Below, in pieces: positions 12,025 to 22,241 of a DNA stretch of 64,000 nucleotides. This stretch comes from an uncultured Candidatus Saccharibacteria bacterium (GTDB lineage Bacteria; Patescibacteriota; Minisyncoccia; Phycocordibacterales; DATDWN01). The notes under the pieces were generated by a model, which was not told the DNA's origin, did not search any database, and was given only the letters and a program-made list of their open reading frames with translations. The position numbers were made by a program, and so were the translations under genes. Within the stretch, counting starts at the first letter, position 1. Each line of letters begins with the position of its first letter. The stretch lies in the NCBI GenBank assembly GCA_964453075.1, contig CAYVNM010000002.1, forward strand, positions 4,279 to 68,278. The letters run 5' to 3'.

Positions 12025-12582
12025 TTATCTTAGAGAATAAGTCTTAACTTCTAATGTAAACTCCAAATCATTATCTGTAGACTTAGTGCCGCCAATATTT
12101 CTTATCACCAATTTTTCAACATCTATTAGACGCAAACTCGCCTCTATCTCTTCTAGAAACTTTATGAAACTATCGTATTCTCCCACCACTTTGAAAGAAA
12201 CTGTGTTTGTTATGTAAGTCTTTCCTTGAACTTCACCTGTTATGAGACTTCTGTCCTCTGTTTTTTGAGTTTCTGTTTTAAAATCTTTAACAGTTAGATC
12301 ATTATTCAGGATCATAGAATTAATATCGTTTGCAAACAAAACAGCATTAAACTCTACTGGGACCAGCTTATTTAATTTTTCTGCATTTGTCTCTGATATG
12401 TTGCCATAATCCTTAAGAATTTTATCTCTCAGAGCTCCGAGTTCTACAGATTTTTTTAAAACCTCTTCATAATTTGATTTTTTTTCTCTAAGAGCCTGAA
12501 CTTCAGGAATAGCAGAATCTATATAGAAAAAATACATGCCTATTGAAACTCCTATGACTATAAATGGTGCAAAAAATTTCAT
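12025..12582 (-). CDS. pilO: PilO-like protein
   Basis: TM, coiled coil, GEYDSFIKFLEEIE..RLIDV. Confidence 0.8.
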   Translation of the reverse strand: MKFFAPFIVIGVSIGMYFFYIDSAIPEVQALREKKSNYEEVLKKSVELGALRDKILKDYGNISETNAEKLNKLVPVEFNAVLFANDINSMILNNDLTVKDFKTETQKTEDRSLITGEVQGKTYITNTVSFKVVGEYDSFIKFLEEIEASLRLIDVEKLVIRNIGGTKSTDNDLEFTLEVKTYSLR

Positions 12583-12586
12583 ATAG

Positions 12587-13189
12587 TTAATTTGAAGGTG
12601 TTGAATCCATTATCTTTTTATAAGAAATCAAACCGGGATCTATATCTGCAGAAAATTTTACAGAAATATAACCATTATCTCCCAAATTAAAATCCGTGAA
12701 TTTAGAATTTCTAATAAACTCATTTTTTGAGAAAACCTCTTGTTGTTCGGCCAGAGCGTTATAGGTTTGTATATCTCCCGATATCATAACTGTAGGGTTA
12801 CTGCCTTTTTTTAAATACTCAAAACTAGTAAATCGCATCTTTTTTAATGTCAGATCTTCAAGTAAAGTGAGCACCTTGGAAACAGCCACATGACTTCTTA
12901 AAAGATTTTTGGCTGAAGTCATTTTATTATCTATATCAATGAGTTCCTTAATTTTCTCTGGCTCATAAACTTCCCTAGCCTCTATTATGGCCTTATCTGC
13001 CTTATTTATTTGACCTTTCAGAATTTTTCCATAAACAAACAGTCCGCCTGAAACCAAAAGTGCCCCAACAAAAATAATTCCAGATATCACAGAAAAAAGA
13101 CTGGTTGAACGAACTGTCGCCACAGCAGATTCTTGTGGCAAACCCATTGGTTTTTTGGGAATGAATGAGTTTTGAAATTTTGGTTCCAT
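12587..13189 (-). CDS. PilN-like protein
   Basis: SFIPK motif, TM, coiled coil; between pilM and pilO. Confidence 0.65.
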   Translation of the reverse strand: MEPKFQNSFIPKKPMGLPQESAVATVRSTSLFSVISGIIFVGALLVSGGLFVYGKILKGQINKADKAIIEAREVYEPEKIKELIDIDNKMTSAKNLLRSHVAVSKVLTLLEDLTLKKMRFTSFEYLKKGSNPTVMISGDIQTYNALAEQQEVFSKNEFIRNSKFTDFNLGDNGYISVKFSADIDPGLISYKKIMDSTPSN

Positions 13190-13263
13190 ATTATGTTCTA
13201 ATTATAGTATACACAGAAATAAAAAACCATTTAAACTGTGTATAAAAAATATAAAATTAGAAA

Positions 13264-14397
13264 CTAATCTAATTCTTGTAATCTGCGAAGGGCAACCCCC
13301 ACAGCAACAGCAAACTCTGGACCAGTCTCATGAAGAACTTTTTCCAAAAAAGCAGGAGCAACCACCTTTGAAAATGGATCTCCAGCAACAACTTCTGTTT
13401 GAAAACTCTCTTTTGCAACATCTACAACACCTTTTAAGGCGCTTCCTCCACCAACCAATACAACCTTACTAACATTTTTGTTATATTTCTTTTGATAAGC
13501 GAGAACAACCCTGTTTGACTCTGAAAAAATATAGTTTAAGGTTAAACCAACGACATCTTTTATCTTTGTACCGTTGATTTCACCAACGAGACCTTTTTCT
13601 CTTTTTAAATATTCAGCATCTACTACTGATATTCCCAAAGATTTTGATAATTCATCTGTAATACTCTGAGAACCACGATTTACAGAGTGAGAGGACCTGA
13701 GTATCCCCCTTTCTATTATGTATAGTTTTGTACTAGTAGCACCCATATCTACAATAAGAACAGGAGCAACCTCTTGATCCATAATAGATCTCATGGTACT
13801 AAATATTTCTATTTCAAAAAAACTAGCATCCAAAGCCGTCTTGGTGACAATATCCTTGTAGCGAAGAAGTGTATCATTATGCAGAGCAACAATAAGAACC
13901 TCTAGTGTTTGGATATTAGATTTTTTATTATCTTGAACCACATTTTGCTCGGTGTCAGGATTTTTATCTTTTGGAATTATGTACCAATCAAGAGCAACCT
14001 CTGATATTGGCACTGGTATATATTTTCTAGCCTCTACAGGAATCATTATTTCTAATTGTCTCTGCGGTTGAACTGGCATTTCCATCACAGCCATAAGACT
14101 AGAAGCAAAAGGTATGGCCACTCCACATACCCGTGTACTTATATTAACCTCTTTTTCTTTCAGCATGTCTAAAATAGCTTCTACTATCTTTTCTGGTGAC
14201 AAATTAGTTGCTTCCCCCACACTCTTCCCTGCATATGGACCTAGCGCCAGTTCTCCATAAGTTTCCAAAATAGCATGCCCGTTTTTACGACTTATTTGGA
14301 CCATTTTTATGGACGAAGATCCTATGTCTATACCCAAAACACTCTGGCTTTTCCTACCAAAGACAGAACCAACAATGTTTGAAACAAAATTCGCCAT
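13264..14397 (-). CDS. pilM: PilM actin-like assembly protein
   Basis: GIDIGSSSIK, VDMGA, VGGGS, AVAVGVALR. Confidence 0.92.
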   Translation of the reverse strand: MANFVSNIVGSVFGRKSQSVLGIDIGSSSIKMVQISRKNGHAILETYGELALGPYAGKSVGEATNLSPEKIVEAILDMLKEKEVNISTRVCGVAIPFASSLMAVMEMPVQPQRQLEIMIPVEARKYIPVPISEVALDWYIIPKDKNPDTEQNVVQDNKKSNIQTLEVLIVALHNDTLLRYKDIVTKTALDASFFEIEIFSTMRSIMDQEVAPVLIVDMGATSTKLYIIERGILRSSHSVNRGSQSITDELSKSLGISVVDAEYLKREKGLVGEINGTKIKDVVGLTLNYIFSESNRVVLAYQKKYNKNVSKVVLVGGGSALKGVVDVAKESFQTEVVAGDPFSKVVAPAFLEKVLHETGPEFAVAVGVALRRLQELD

Positions 14398-14439
14398 AAA
14401 AATAATAGGTATATAATAGTATAACATAAACAAACTGTT

Positions 14440-15096
14440 ATGTTACAAAATATAAAGAAATTATTTCTGGTAATTATTGACTTAATTCTACCACCAAGAA
14501 CGGATTTTGCTATTGTTAACAAACTAGATGAAGAAAAAATAAATAATCTAACAAAATCTCCTCCTGTAGATGGGGCTGATTGGATTTCCTCATTGTTTCA
14601 TTATAAAAACAATAATGTCAGAGCCATAATTTGGGAATTAAAGTACAGAGAAAACACAAAACCATTACCACAAATAGGAAAATTACTTTATGATGAGATT
14701 ATTTCAACTGTATCTGACATTATAACCTTTGATAATGACGCAAAATTCCTATTAATACCAATACCCATTACTAAAGAAAGACGAATAGAAAGAGGTTTCA
14801 ACCAGAGCGAACTAATAGCCAAATCTATTTTAGAAAATGATCTCTCCAGGACCCTACTTTATGCACCACAATGGTTTCAAAAGGTTAAAGACACACCAAA
14901 ACAAAGTCGTAGTGAATCTAAACAAGAAAGAATAATAAATCTTCTGGGATGTTTTGAGGCTGACCCAAGAGTGGAAGGAAAATATATAATATTGGTTGAT
15001 GATGTTGTCACAACTGGTAGTACCTTATCAGAAGCCAGAAAAACCCTACTTTCTACAGAAGCTCGAGATGTTTTGGCATTTACCATAGCTCATTAA
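14440..15096 (+). CDS. comF: ComF(C) competence phosphoribosyltransferase-like protein
   Basis: LKY, RGFNQS, VDDVVTTGST; no N-terminal Zn-finger cysteines. Confidence 0.9.
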   Translation: MLQNIKKLFLVIIDLILPPRTDFAIVNKLDEEKINNLTKSPPVDGADWISSLFHYKNNNVRAIIWELKYRENTKPLPQIGKLLYDEIISTVSDIITFDNDAKFLLIPIPITKERRIERGFNQSELIAKSILENDLSRTLLYAPQWFQKVKDTPKQSRSESKQERIINLLGCFEADPRVEGKYIILVDDVVTTGSTLSEARKTLLSTEARDVLAFTIAH

Positions 15097-15118
15097 AGTA
15101 TGCTAAAGTGTCTTAATT

Positions 15119-15207
15119 GGAGACGTGTCAGAGTGGTCTAATGTACCTCTTTGCTAAAGAGGCGTGCCCTTTAAACGGCACCGACGGTTCGAATCCGTCC
15201 GTCTCCG
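15119..15207 (+). tRNA. tRNA-Ser(GCU)
   Basis: Cloverleaf GGAGACG/CGTCTCC, anticodon arm CCTCT-TTGCTAA-AGAGG, long variable arm, G73; CCA not encoded. Confidence 0.95.
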
Positions 15208-15229
15208 CAGAAATTCAGAAAATTATCCA

Positions 15230-15646
15230 ATGAAAAAATTTTTCAAAAAACTCGATAAGTTTGAAACACACCACAGGGTTGTCGTTTTTTGCCTAGTTTT
15301 AATTGGTACTGTTATGGTTACTCGATTTCTTGTTTTATTTTACAATCCAAACCCAGTGCTTTTTGGAGTTGAACTGCACCACTTTGATTATGGCCTCTTT
15401 TTACTTTTGATAAGTTCTGGTTTAATGCTGTTTGAACCAAGAAAATATATAAACGTAAACCTGTTTTTTACTGCCATAGCATCAGGACTCATTCTTGATG
15501 AATATTGGCTTGTCAGAAAAAGCGTTGTAGAAGATACGACAAACAGCATAGAATTATACTACTCTTCCCTTCCGACAGCTGTAATTATAGGCACAGTAAC
15601 AATATTAGTTATTCTGTTTTTTAACTCAATCCTAAAGAGAAGTTAG
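15230..15646 (+). CDS. Hypothetical membrane protein
   Basis: About 4 hydrophobic segments, LHHFDYG and LILDE motifs; start moved downstream of the tRNA. Confidence 0.75.
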   Translation: MKKFFKKLDKFETHHRVVVFCLVLIGTVMVTRFLVLFYNPNPVLFGVELHHFDYGLFLLLISSGLMLFEPRKYINVNLFFTAIASGLILDEYWLVRKSVVEDTTNSIELYYSSLPTAVIIGTVTILVILFFNSILKRS

Positions 15647-15684
15647 ACTTTTTGTTAATAAATTGATAATTTAGATAAACATCT

Positions 15685-15771
15685 GGACAGATGAGTGAGT
15701 GGTTGAAACTAGCGGTTTACTAAACCGCCGTACCCTAACAGGTACCGTGGGTTCGAATCCCACTCTGTCCG
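15685..15771 (+). tRNA. tRNA-Ser(ACU)
   Basis: Cloverleaf GGACAGA/TCTGTCC, anticodon arm GCGGT-TTACTAA-ACCGC, long variable arm, G73. Confidence 0.93.
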
Positions 15772-15823
15772 CTAAAATTTGGAATCAGGTGTATAATAAA
15801 AACATACAAGCTAACAAAAAATT

Positions 15824-16225
15824 ATGTTGAAAGAATTCAAACAATTTTTACTAAGAGGAAACGTCGTGGATTTGGCTGTTGGTGTTGTTGTAGGTGCAGC
15901 ATTTGGCAGCATAGTCACAGCCCTTGTAACAGACTTGCTAACACCGCTTATTGCCGCAATAGCAAAAGTACCAGACTTTGGAGGCTTATCCTTTACATTA
16001 AATGGCAGTAAATTCATGTACGGACATTTCATAAACGCCTTGATTTCCTTTATTCTAGTAGCAGGAGCTGTGTTCTTCTTTGTAGTAAAACCAATGAATG
16101 TATTGATTTCTCGTTCTCGTAAAGAACCCCCTACCGATCCAACAACCAAAAAGTGTGCTGAGTGTCTAAGCGAAATACCTATACAAGCCAAAAGATGTGC
16201 TCACTGCTCACAAACAGTAGCATAA
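15824..16225 (+). CDS. mscL: Large-conductance mechanosensitive channel with C-terminal CxxC..CxxC
   Basis: FKQFLLRGNVVDLAVGVVVG. Confidence 0.95.
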   Translation: MLKEFKQFLLRGNVVDLAVGVVVGAAFGSIVTALVTDLLTPLIAAIAKVPDFGGLSFTLNGSKFMYGHFINALISFILVAGAVFFFVVKPMNVLISRSRKEPPTDPTTKKCAECLSEIPIQAKRCAHCSQTVA

Positions 16226-16280
16226 AGAACAAAAACCAGAGACAATCCTCTGGTTTTTGTTTGCGTGTTACAATGGTTTT

Positions 16281-18449
16281 ATGAGATTAGATTCTCCATT
16301 ATCTGAAGTTACTAGAATATTACCAGTACACAAAAACGCCCTAGAAAAACTTGGTCTAAAAACCATAGAAGACTTACTCTACTACTTCCCGGTTAGATAC
16401 GGTGATACTAGCCAAATGAAGAATATAAAAAATCTACAAAAAGGTGACGTCTCTACGGTTTTTGGAAAAATATCAGGATTAAAAACCAGCAAAGCTTTTA
16501 TAAAAAAGATTCCAATGTCAGAAGCTTTTGTAACAGACGACACAGGAAAAATAAAAATTGTTTGGTTCAATCAGCCATACATAGCCAAAATGATTCATGA
16601 TGGCCAACTGGTCAGAGTAGAGGGAAAAATCTCAGAAAGAAAGAACGAGTATTACATGAGTAATCCAAAAGTAGAAGTGGTTGAAACATTACCAACTGCT
16701 TTTGGTGATTCTCTATTTGTTAATGACACAACATCTTTAAATGACACTCACGTAATGTACCCGGTATACCCAGAGAGTAAAGGCGTAACATCACATTGGA
16801 TATACCACATTATTCAAAAAATATTTAACTCGGGAATCCTGGATAATATTACTGACCCAATACCACCTGATATCTTAAAGAAATATAATTTACCTGTGAT
16901 AAGAACAGCTTTTATTTGGATTCACACACCCAAAAAAGAAAGCGATGGACTTTCTGCTCGTAAAAGATTTGCCTTTCAAGAAATATTTTTTATACAACTA
17001 CAAAAACAAAAAGAAAGAAAATTGTGGAAAAATCAAAACGCTTTCAAAATAGAAACAAAAACCAAAGACATTGATGAATTCGTAAAAAGATTCCCCTTTG
17101 AACCTACAGACTCTCAGCTAAGTGCAATCAAATCAATAGTAAACGATTTTAAGCGAGGTTTTCCTATGTCTCGCCTACTTGAGGGTGACGTTGGTTCTGG
17201 AAAAACCGCAGTAGCTGCTACTGTAATATACGCCATCACACAAACGAGACCTATAGGAAAGGATTATGGTAACTTACAAACAGCATACATGGTTCCCACA
17301 GAAATATTAGCAAAACAGCATTACGAGAATTTTATTTCTTACTTTAAACACTTACCAATAAAAATTGGTCTTGTAACCGGAAGTGGTTGTCAAATCTTCC
17401 CTTCAAAGAGTGACGGTACAAAACCAACAAAAATATCGAGGAGTCAGCTTTTGAAATGGGTTGAAAATGGTGAAGTGCCGATACTCATAGGAACACATAC
17501 GCTTATACAAAAATCTGTTAAATTTAAACATTTGGCGCTGGTTGTAATAGACGAACAACATCGTTTCGGCACCGCCCAAAGACAAAAACTTACAGACAAA
17601 GATAAAATAATCCCCCATTTACTGAGTATGACCGCAACCCCTATACCAAGAACTCTCGCTTTGACGATATATGGTGACTTAGACTTAACCCTACTTGATC
17701 AAATGCCACACGGTCGCAAACCCATAATCACAAAAATAATTTTACCCACAGAGAGAGAAAAAGCATATGAACAAATACGCATGGAATTAAAAGCTGGAAG
17801 ACAACTGTATGTTATATGCCCTCGAATCGACGAACCAGACCCAACAAAAGAAATGGCAGTAATAGCCAAATCAGTAACCTTAGAAGCAGAAAGGTTAAAC
17901 AGAGAAGTGTTTCCAGAATACATGATAGATATATTACACAGCAAGATGTCACCTGGAGAAAAAGAAAGTGTAATGGCAGATTTTTCTTCTGGTAAAACAA
18001 AAATATTGGTTGCAACTTCTGTGGTAGAAGTTGGAGTAAATGTTCCAAATGCAACAATGATTGTAATAGAAGGTGCAGAAAGATTTGGTCTAGCACAACT
18101 ACACCAATTAAGAGGTCGGGTCATCCGTAGCAACCATCAAGCATATTGCTTTGTTTTTGCTGAAAGTAACGGTCAAAAAACAAAAGATAGGATGAAGGCG
18201 CTGATCACAGCTAAAAATGGCTTTGAATTAGCAGAGTTTGATTTAACACAGAGAGGCTCCGGAGAATTATACGGCAAAAAACAATGGGGTATCTCAGATC
18301 TGGCCATGGAAGCAATAAAAAATATAAAAATGGTAGAAGCTAGCAGAGAAGAAGCGTCGCGTATTGTGGAGGAAGATGAAAACTTTGATTTACACCCATT
18401 GATTAAAGAGTATTTCCAAAACCAAAAAGACAAAATTCATTTTGAATAA
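16281..18449 (+). CDS. recG: ATP-dependent DNA helicase RecG
   Basis: GDVGSGKT, DEQHRFG, MTATPIPRT, QLRGRV; ATG 6 nt after TACAAT. Confidence 0.95.
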   Translation: MRLDSPLSEVTRILPVHKNALEKLGLKTIEDLLYYFPVRYGDTSQMKNIKNLQKGDVSTVFGKISGLKTSKAFIKKIPMSEAFVTDDTGKIKIVWFNQPYIAKMIHDGQLVRVEGKISERKNEYYMSNPKVEVVETLPTAFGDSLFVNDTTSLNDTHVMYPVYPESKGVTSHWIYHIIQKIFNSGILDNITDPIPPDILKKYNLPVIRTAFIWIHTPKKESDGLSARKRFAFQEIFFIQLQKQKERKLWKNQNAFKIETKTKDIDEFVKRFPFEPTDSQLSAIKSIVNDFKRGFPMSRLLEGDVGSGKTAVAATVIYAITQTRPIGKDYGNLQTAYMVPTEILAKQHYENFISYFKHLPIKIGLVTGSGCQIFPSKSDGTKPTKISRSQLLKWVENGEVPILIGTHTLIQKSVKFKHLALVVIDEQHRFGTAQRQKLTDKDKIIPHLLSMTATPIPRTLALTIYGDLDLTLLDQMPHGRKPIITKIILPTEREKAYEQIRMELKAGRQLYVICPRIDEPDPTKEMAVIAKSVTLEAERLNREVFPEYMIDILHSKMSPGEKESVMADFSSGKTKILVATSVVEVGVNVPNATMIVIEGAERFGLAQLHQLRGRVIRSNHQAYCFVFAESNGQKTKDRMKALITAKNGFELAEFDLTQRGSGELYGKKQWGISDLAMEAIKNIKMVEASREEASRIVEEDENFDLHPLIKEYFQNQKDKIHFE

Positions 18450-18486
18450 ATTTTACATAGAAAACAAAAGTGATATCATTTATGTA

Positions 18487-18768
18487 ATGAAAAACTTTTT
18501 AACACAAAATAAAAAACATATACTATTATTGTTGGTAGGTTTGGTTTTACAAGTATCAATGAAGTACCCAAAAATTTTCAGTCTCATGCCACAAGAAATA
18601 GAGAATCAAGCCTCTATTTTAGTATTTCTTGTTTTACCATTTTTATTTCCATACCTTGGGTACCGCACCTACAGAGACAACAAAATTATTAGTATAATGT
18701 ATTTTCTATTATCAATTTATCCGATTATATTGCTTGTAATAGGAACAATTATGTTATTATCCTGGTAA
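18487..18768 (+). CDS. Hypothetical small membrane protein
   Basis: Three hydrophobic segments; start chosen at ATG after the recG stop. Confidence 0.6.
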   Translation: MKNFLTQNKKHILLLLVGLVLQVSMKYPKIFSLMPQEIENQASILVFLVLPFLFPYLGYRTYRDNKIISIMYFLLSIYPIILLVIGTIMLLSW

Positions 18769-18779
18769 AATAAAGCATT

Positions 18780-18819
18780 AACCCCAGTACCGCTTAGTTA
18801 GCGCGGTACTGGGGTTTTT
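18780..18819. terminator. Intrinsic terminator between convergent genes
   Basis: AACCCCAGTACCGC/GCGGTACTGGGGTT stem followed by T-tract. Confidence 0.75.
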
Positions 18820-18827
18820 GGACCAGA

Positions 18828-19019
18828 TTACACCTTCCTCTGTCGAACCTTCCTGGTTCCATTGTGCCCGTGAGAACCCTTCTTCGGATCCTGTGGCACA
18901 ACCTTCTCTTCTCGTCCCTTGGGTGGATTGACCAGAACTTCCGCCTGCGCGGACCCCTCGGTTGCGACTGCAAACGGAGAGTAGAACGCTTTCGTTGCTG
19001 GAAACAATCTATGGGCCAT
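18828..19019 (-). CDS. Small orphan ORF (cassette-like unit)
   Basis: AGGAGG SD, upstream promoter-like TTGTAT..TATCCT, GC-richer than flanks, terminator downstream. Confidence 0.5.
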   Translation of the reverse strand: MAHRLFPATKAFYSPFAVATEGSAQAEVLVNPPKGREEKVVPQDPKKGSHGHNGTRKVRQRKV

Positions 19020-19080
19020 TGGACAACCTCCTATACCAGGATACTAAAAACTTAGATTAATACAAGTATTATAGTTAAAC

Positions 19081-19301
19081 CAGAGCCTACGAGACTCTGC
19101 TGAGAGTGAACCATATCGTCACGAGTTTTAAAAAGCCGACACTTAAGAATCTCGAAACTTACAGTTTCTGTACACCTGTTCTGTTTTTTACTTCGTAAAC
19201 TCGTAAAAAACTATCACAGGTTTTCGAGTCCTGACACAGAGTCTCCCAGACTCTGCTGAGGGTAAACACGTAAAAAAGCACCTTACGTGCTTTTTTTCGT
19301 G
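19081..19301 (-). repeat. tRNA-tail structured element (family B), tRNA-Ile copy
   Basis: Core 19152-19225 is 64/74 identical to 22720-22793; flank is antisense to the tRNA 3' half. Confidence 0.85.
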
Positions 19302-19375
19302 TCCGCCCTCCAGGACTCGAACCTGGGACCCCAGAGGTATAAGCTCTGTGCTCTAACCAACTGAGCTAAGGGCGG
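19302..19375 (-). tRNA. tRNA-Ile(UAU)
   Basis: CCGCCCT/AGGGCGG acceptor, anticodon arm CAGAG-CTTATAC-CTCTG, T arm CCAGG-TTCGAGT-CCTGG, A73. Confidence 0.92.
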
Positions 19376-19429
19376 ATTTTGGTTAGCTAGTGACTATAAC
19401 AAAATAACACATTTTACAGAAAAACAAAA

Positions 19430-19639
19430 TCAATGATAATCAGTTTTTCTATTCACTATCTTATGAGCTTCTGCTATAGCCTCTTCCGGTGTAATTTCAC
19501 CTTGATTTAGAGCTATAAGTAGATTATCAAGAGCAGGTATCTCAAAATCATTGGCACCCATCACAGCGGCCTGTTGTTTCATTTCCCCTATTATCATAAC
19601 CGCTTGTTCTTTTTGATTTTTGTTTGGCTCTCCTTCCAT
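19430..19639 (-). CDS. Hypothetical small helical protein
   Basis: 69-aa ORF directly after ftsH; GEITPEEA motif. Confidence 0.65.
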   Translation of the reverse strand: MEGEPNKNQKEQAVMIIGEMKQQAAVMGANDFEIPALDNLLIALNQGEITPEEAIAEAHKIVNRKTDYH

Positions 19640-19652
19640 AAAATAATTATAT

Positions 19653-21590
19653 CTATTCTTGGTGTTCGATGTCTAATTTTTTCTTTGGAACAATACCGTT
19701 GGCAACCAAAAGTGTTTCAAACTCCGCTCGTTCTATTGTTTCTGTTTCTATAAGTCTTTTTGCTATTGCATCCAAAAGTTTTTTGTTTTCTGAAATAACT
19801 TTCTCTGCTTTTTCACGTGCTTCTTTCATTATACGACTAACTTCTGCATCTATATCTGCAGCAACTTTCTCTGAAAATTCTTTTTCCTCAACACCTCTTC
19901 CAAATAAAACTTTCCCACCCTGTCCTTCAAGAGCAACCGGACCTAGTGTTTCTGACATTCCATATTTTGTGACCATGTCTCGTGCCAGAGCTGTTGAAAC
20001 CTGCAGATCATTTGATGGGCCGGTGGTCAAATCATCAAATAGCATTTTTTCTGTTACATATCCTCCAAGAGAAACCGCGATATCATCCAGGAATTCTTTT
20101 TTAGATTGTAACTTTGTATCCTCTAAAGGAAGATGCAGAACATAGCCAGCCGCACGACCGCGAGATATTATCGATATCTTGTGAACAGGATCAGCATAAG
20201 GCAGAATTGATGCAAGCACAGCATGTCCTGCTTCATGGTAGGCTGTTATTTCCTTTTCCTTTGTTGAAAGAATGTGACTTTTTCTTTCTGGTCCTAGCAT
20301 TACCTTTTCTATTGAACGTATAAGATCGTATTGAGAAACTTTTGTACGATTTTCACGTGCAGCCAAAATTGCACCTTCATTCATAAGAGAATAAAGATCG
20401 GCTCCAGAAAATCCCGGGGTCCTCTCCGCTATTACTTTCAAGTTTACATCTTCTGCAAAGGGTTTCTTTGTACTGTGTACTATCAAAATATCCTCTCTGT
20501 CTTTGCGATCTGGTAGATCCAAGGTCACACGTCTATCAAACCTTCCTGGGCGAAGGAGAGCAGGATCTAAAACATCCGGTCTGTTTGTGGCAGCCATAAC
20601 AATTACCTTCTCATTTGGCTCAAAACCATCCATCTCAACCAAAATTTGATTGAGGGTTTGTTCTCTCTCATCATTTCCACCACCAGCCCCAACACCCCTC
20701 ACTCTTCCAACTGCATCTATTTCATCAACAAAAATAATAGCCGGCGAGTTTCTCTTGGCCATCATAAATAGATCACGAACTCTTGATGCACCAACTCCAA
20801 CAAACATCTCCACAAACTCTGACCCCGAAATTGAGAAAAATGCCACACTAGCTTCTCCAGCCACAGCACGAGCAAGTAATGTTTTACCTGTACCAGGAGC
20901 ACCCATCAATAAAATACCTTTTGGTATACGTGCTCCTATATCAAGAAACTTTTTTGGATTTTTCAAAAAATCCACAATCTCCGCCAGTTCTTCTTTTGCT
21001 TCTTTGCAACCAGCCACATCCTTGAATGTCACTCTCTGATTTTTATCATTTGGATCTATCATTCTTGCTTTAGACTGTCCAAAAGTCATAGCTTGCATTC
21101 CAGCACCACGCATTTGTCTGGAAATAAACCAAATAAATACTAAAATAAATAGTATTGGAAAAATTATAGGCATCAAATTTAGAAACCAAAAACCCAAACC
21201 ATTTTCTCTCTTTATATCTATTGTGATTTTAGAAATCTCTTCTTTTGTAACACCATAATTAACTAGTGTTTGTAATAATGCCTCTCCTTCTTCCTTTTTA
21301 CCAGTTTTTTTGTCTCCACTCTTATATTCAACATCCAAAGTATCCCCTTTCACAATAATAGACTTCACTAAATCTGACTTTATATCGGAAGATATCTGAG
21401 AAATAGGAATTTCAACAGCCTTCTCGGAAGTCCTGTCTGTAATCAAAGAATAAATGGTAGATAAAATTATAAATATAATCAGAATAGAGGCTATATAACT
21501 TATTATAGACCCTCCTTCTGGAGTTTTTCCCCCATTATCCCTTCTTTTTATTATTGGTTTTTGTTTTTCTGGTGATTTTGAGGTCTCCAT
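19653..21590 (-). CDS. ftsH: ATP-dependent zinc metalloprotease FtsH
   Basis: Two [27 protein letters not shown]. Confidence 0.97.
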   Translation of the reverse strand: METSKSPEKQKPIIKRRDNGGKTPEGGSIISYIASILIIFIILSTIYSLITDRTSEKAVEIPISQISSDIKSDLVKSIIVKGDTLDVEYKSGDKKTGKKEEGEALLQTLVNYGVTKEEISKITIDIKRENGLGFWFLNLMPIIFPILFILVFIWFISRQMRGAGMQAMTFGQSKARMIDPNDKNQRVTFKDVAGCKEAKEELAEIVDFLKNPKKFLDIGARIPKGILLMGAPGTGKTLLARAVAGEASVAFFSISGSEFVEMFVGVGASRVRDLFMMAKRNSPAIIFVDEIDAVGRVRGVGAGGGNDEREQTLNQILVEMDGFEPNEKVIVMAATNRPDVLDPALLRPGRFDRRVTLDLPDRKDREDILIVHSTKKPFAEDVNLKVIAERTPGFSGADLYSLMNEGAILAARENRTKVSQYDLIRSIEKVMLGPERKSHILSTKEKEITAYHEAGHAVLASILPYADPVHKISIISRGRAAGYVLHLPLEDTKLQSKKEFLDDIAVSLGGYVTEKMLFDDLTTGPSNDLQVSTALARDMVTKYGMSETLGPVALEGQGGKVLFGRGVEEKEFSEKVAADIDAEVSRIMKEAREKAEKVISENKKLLDAIAKRLIETETIERAEFETLLVANGIVPKKKLDIEHQE

Positions 21591-21636
21591 AGTAGCCCCA
21601 GTATACATCCCAAAAGAGTTTTAGCAAACAAATATT

Positions 21637-21709
21637 CCCCCCTCTAGAAAATGTTGTGGTGTTACCTATTATAACGCCCCATCCCTACAATGAAAAACTC
21701 TAACGGGAC
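21637..21709. repeat. Degenerate CCCGTTAG/CTAACGGG element (family C)
   Basis: TCTAACGGGA at 21699-21708 with degenerate partner CCCTCTAGAAA near 21640. Confidence 0.5.
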
Positions 21710-21752
21710 AGGTAAAATAAGTAAAATAAAAGTGTGTTATAATCAGAAAATA

Positions 21753-22196
21753 ATGTCCCTTATATCAAACAAAAAAGCATACTTTAATTATGAAATTGGA
21801 GAAACATACAGTGCTGGTATGGATCTTTTTGGTTATGAAGTAAAATCACTCCGTAAGGGACAAGGGTCTCTCGAAGGGGCATATGTCACAATTCGAGGAA
21901 ACGAAGCCTTCCTTATAAACTCTTTCGTACCACCATATCAAGAGAAAAACGCACCCACCGACTACAATCCACGCAGAAACCGAAGGCTTTTGCTAACAAA
22001 AAAAGAGATAAAGGAACTGGGTGATATTGAGAAAACCAAAGGCTTGACAATTGTACCTATTTCGGTGTATAATAAAGGAAGAGTTTTGAAGATTGATCTC
22101 GGAATAGGTAAAGGTAAAAAGAAATTTGATAAACGCGAGACACTGAAAAAAAATGATATGGACAGAGAAATCCGTAGAGAGTTTAAAGATAGATAA
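21753..22196 (+). CDS. smpB: SsrA-binding protein
   Basis: NKKAYFNY, GYEVKSLR, GKKKFDKRE; adjacent to tmRNA. Confidence 0.96.
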   Translation: MSLISNKKAYFNYEIGETYSAGMDLFGYEVKSLRKGQGSLEGAYVTIRGNEAFLINSFVPPYQEKNAPTDYNPRRNRRLLLTKKEIKELGDIEKTKGLTIVPISVYNKGRVLKIDLGIGKGKKKFDKRETLKKNDMDREIRREFKDR

Positions 22197-22241
22197 ATCA
22201 ATAATTCCCGAAAAGTATTAGTTTGTAAACTAATTTTTCTC

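Noticed and set aside
15164-15229. N-terminal extension of the 160-aa ORF
   Set aside because: Overlaps tRNA-Ser(GCU)
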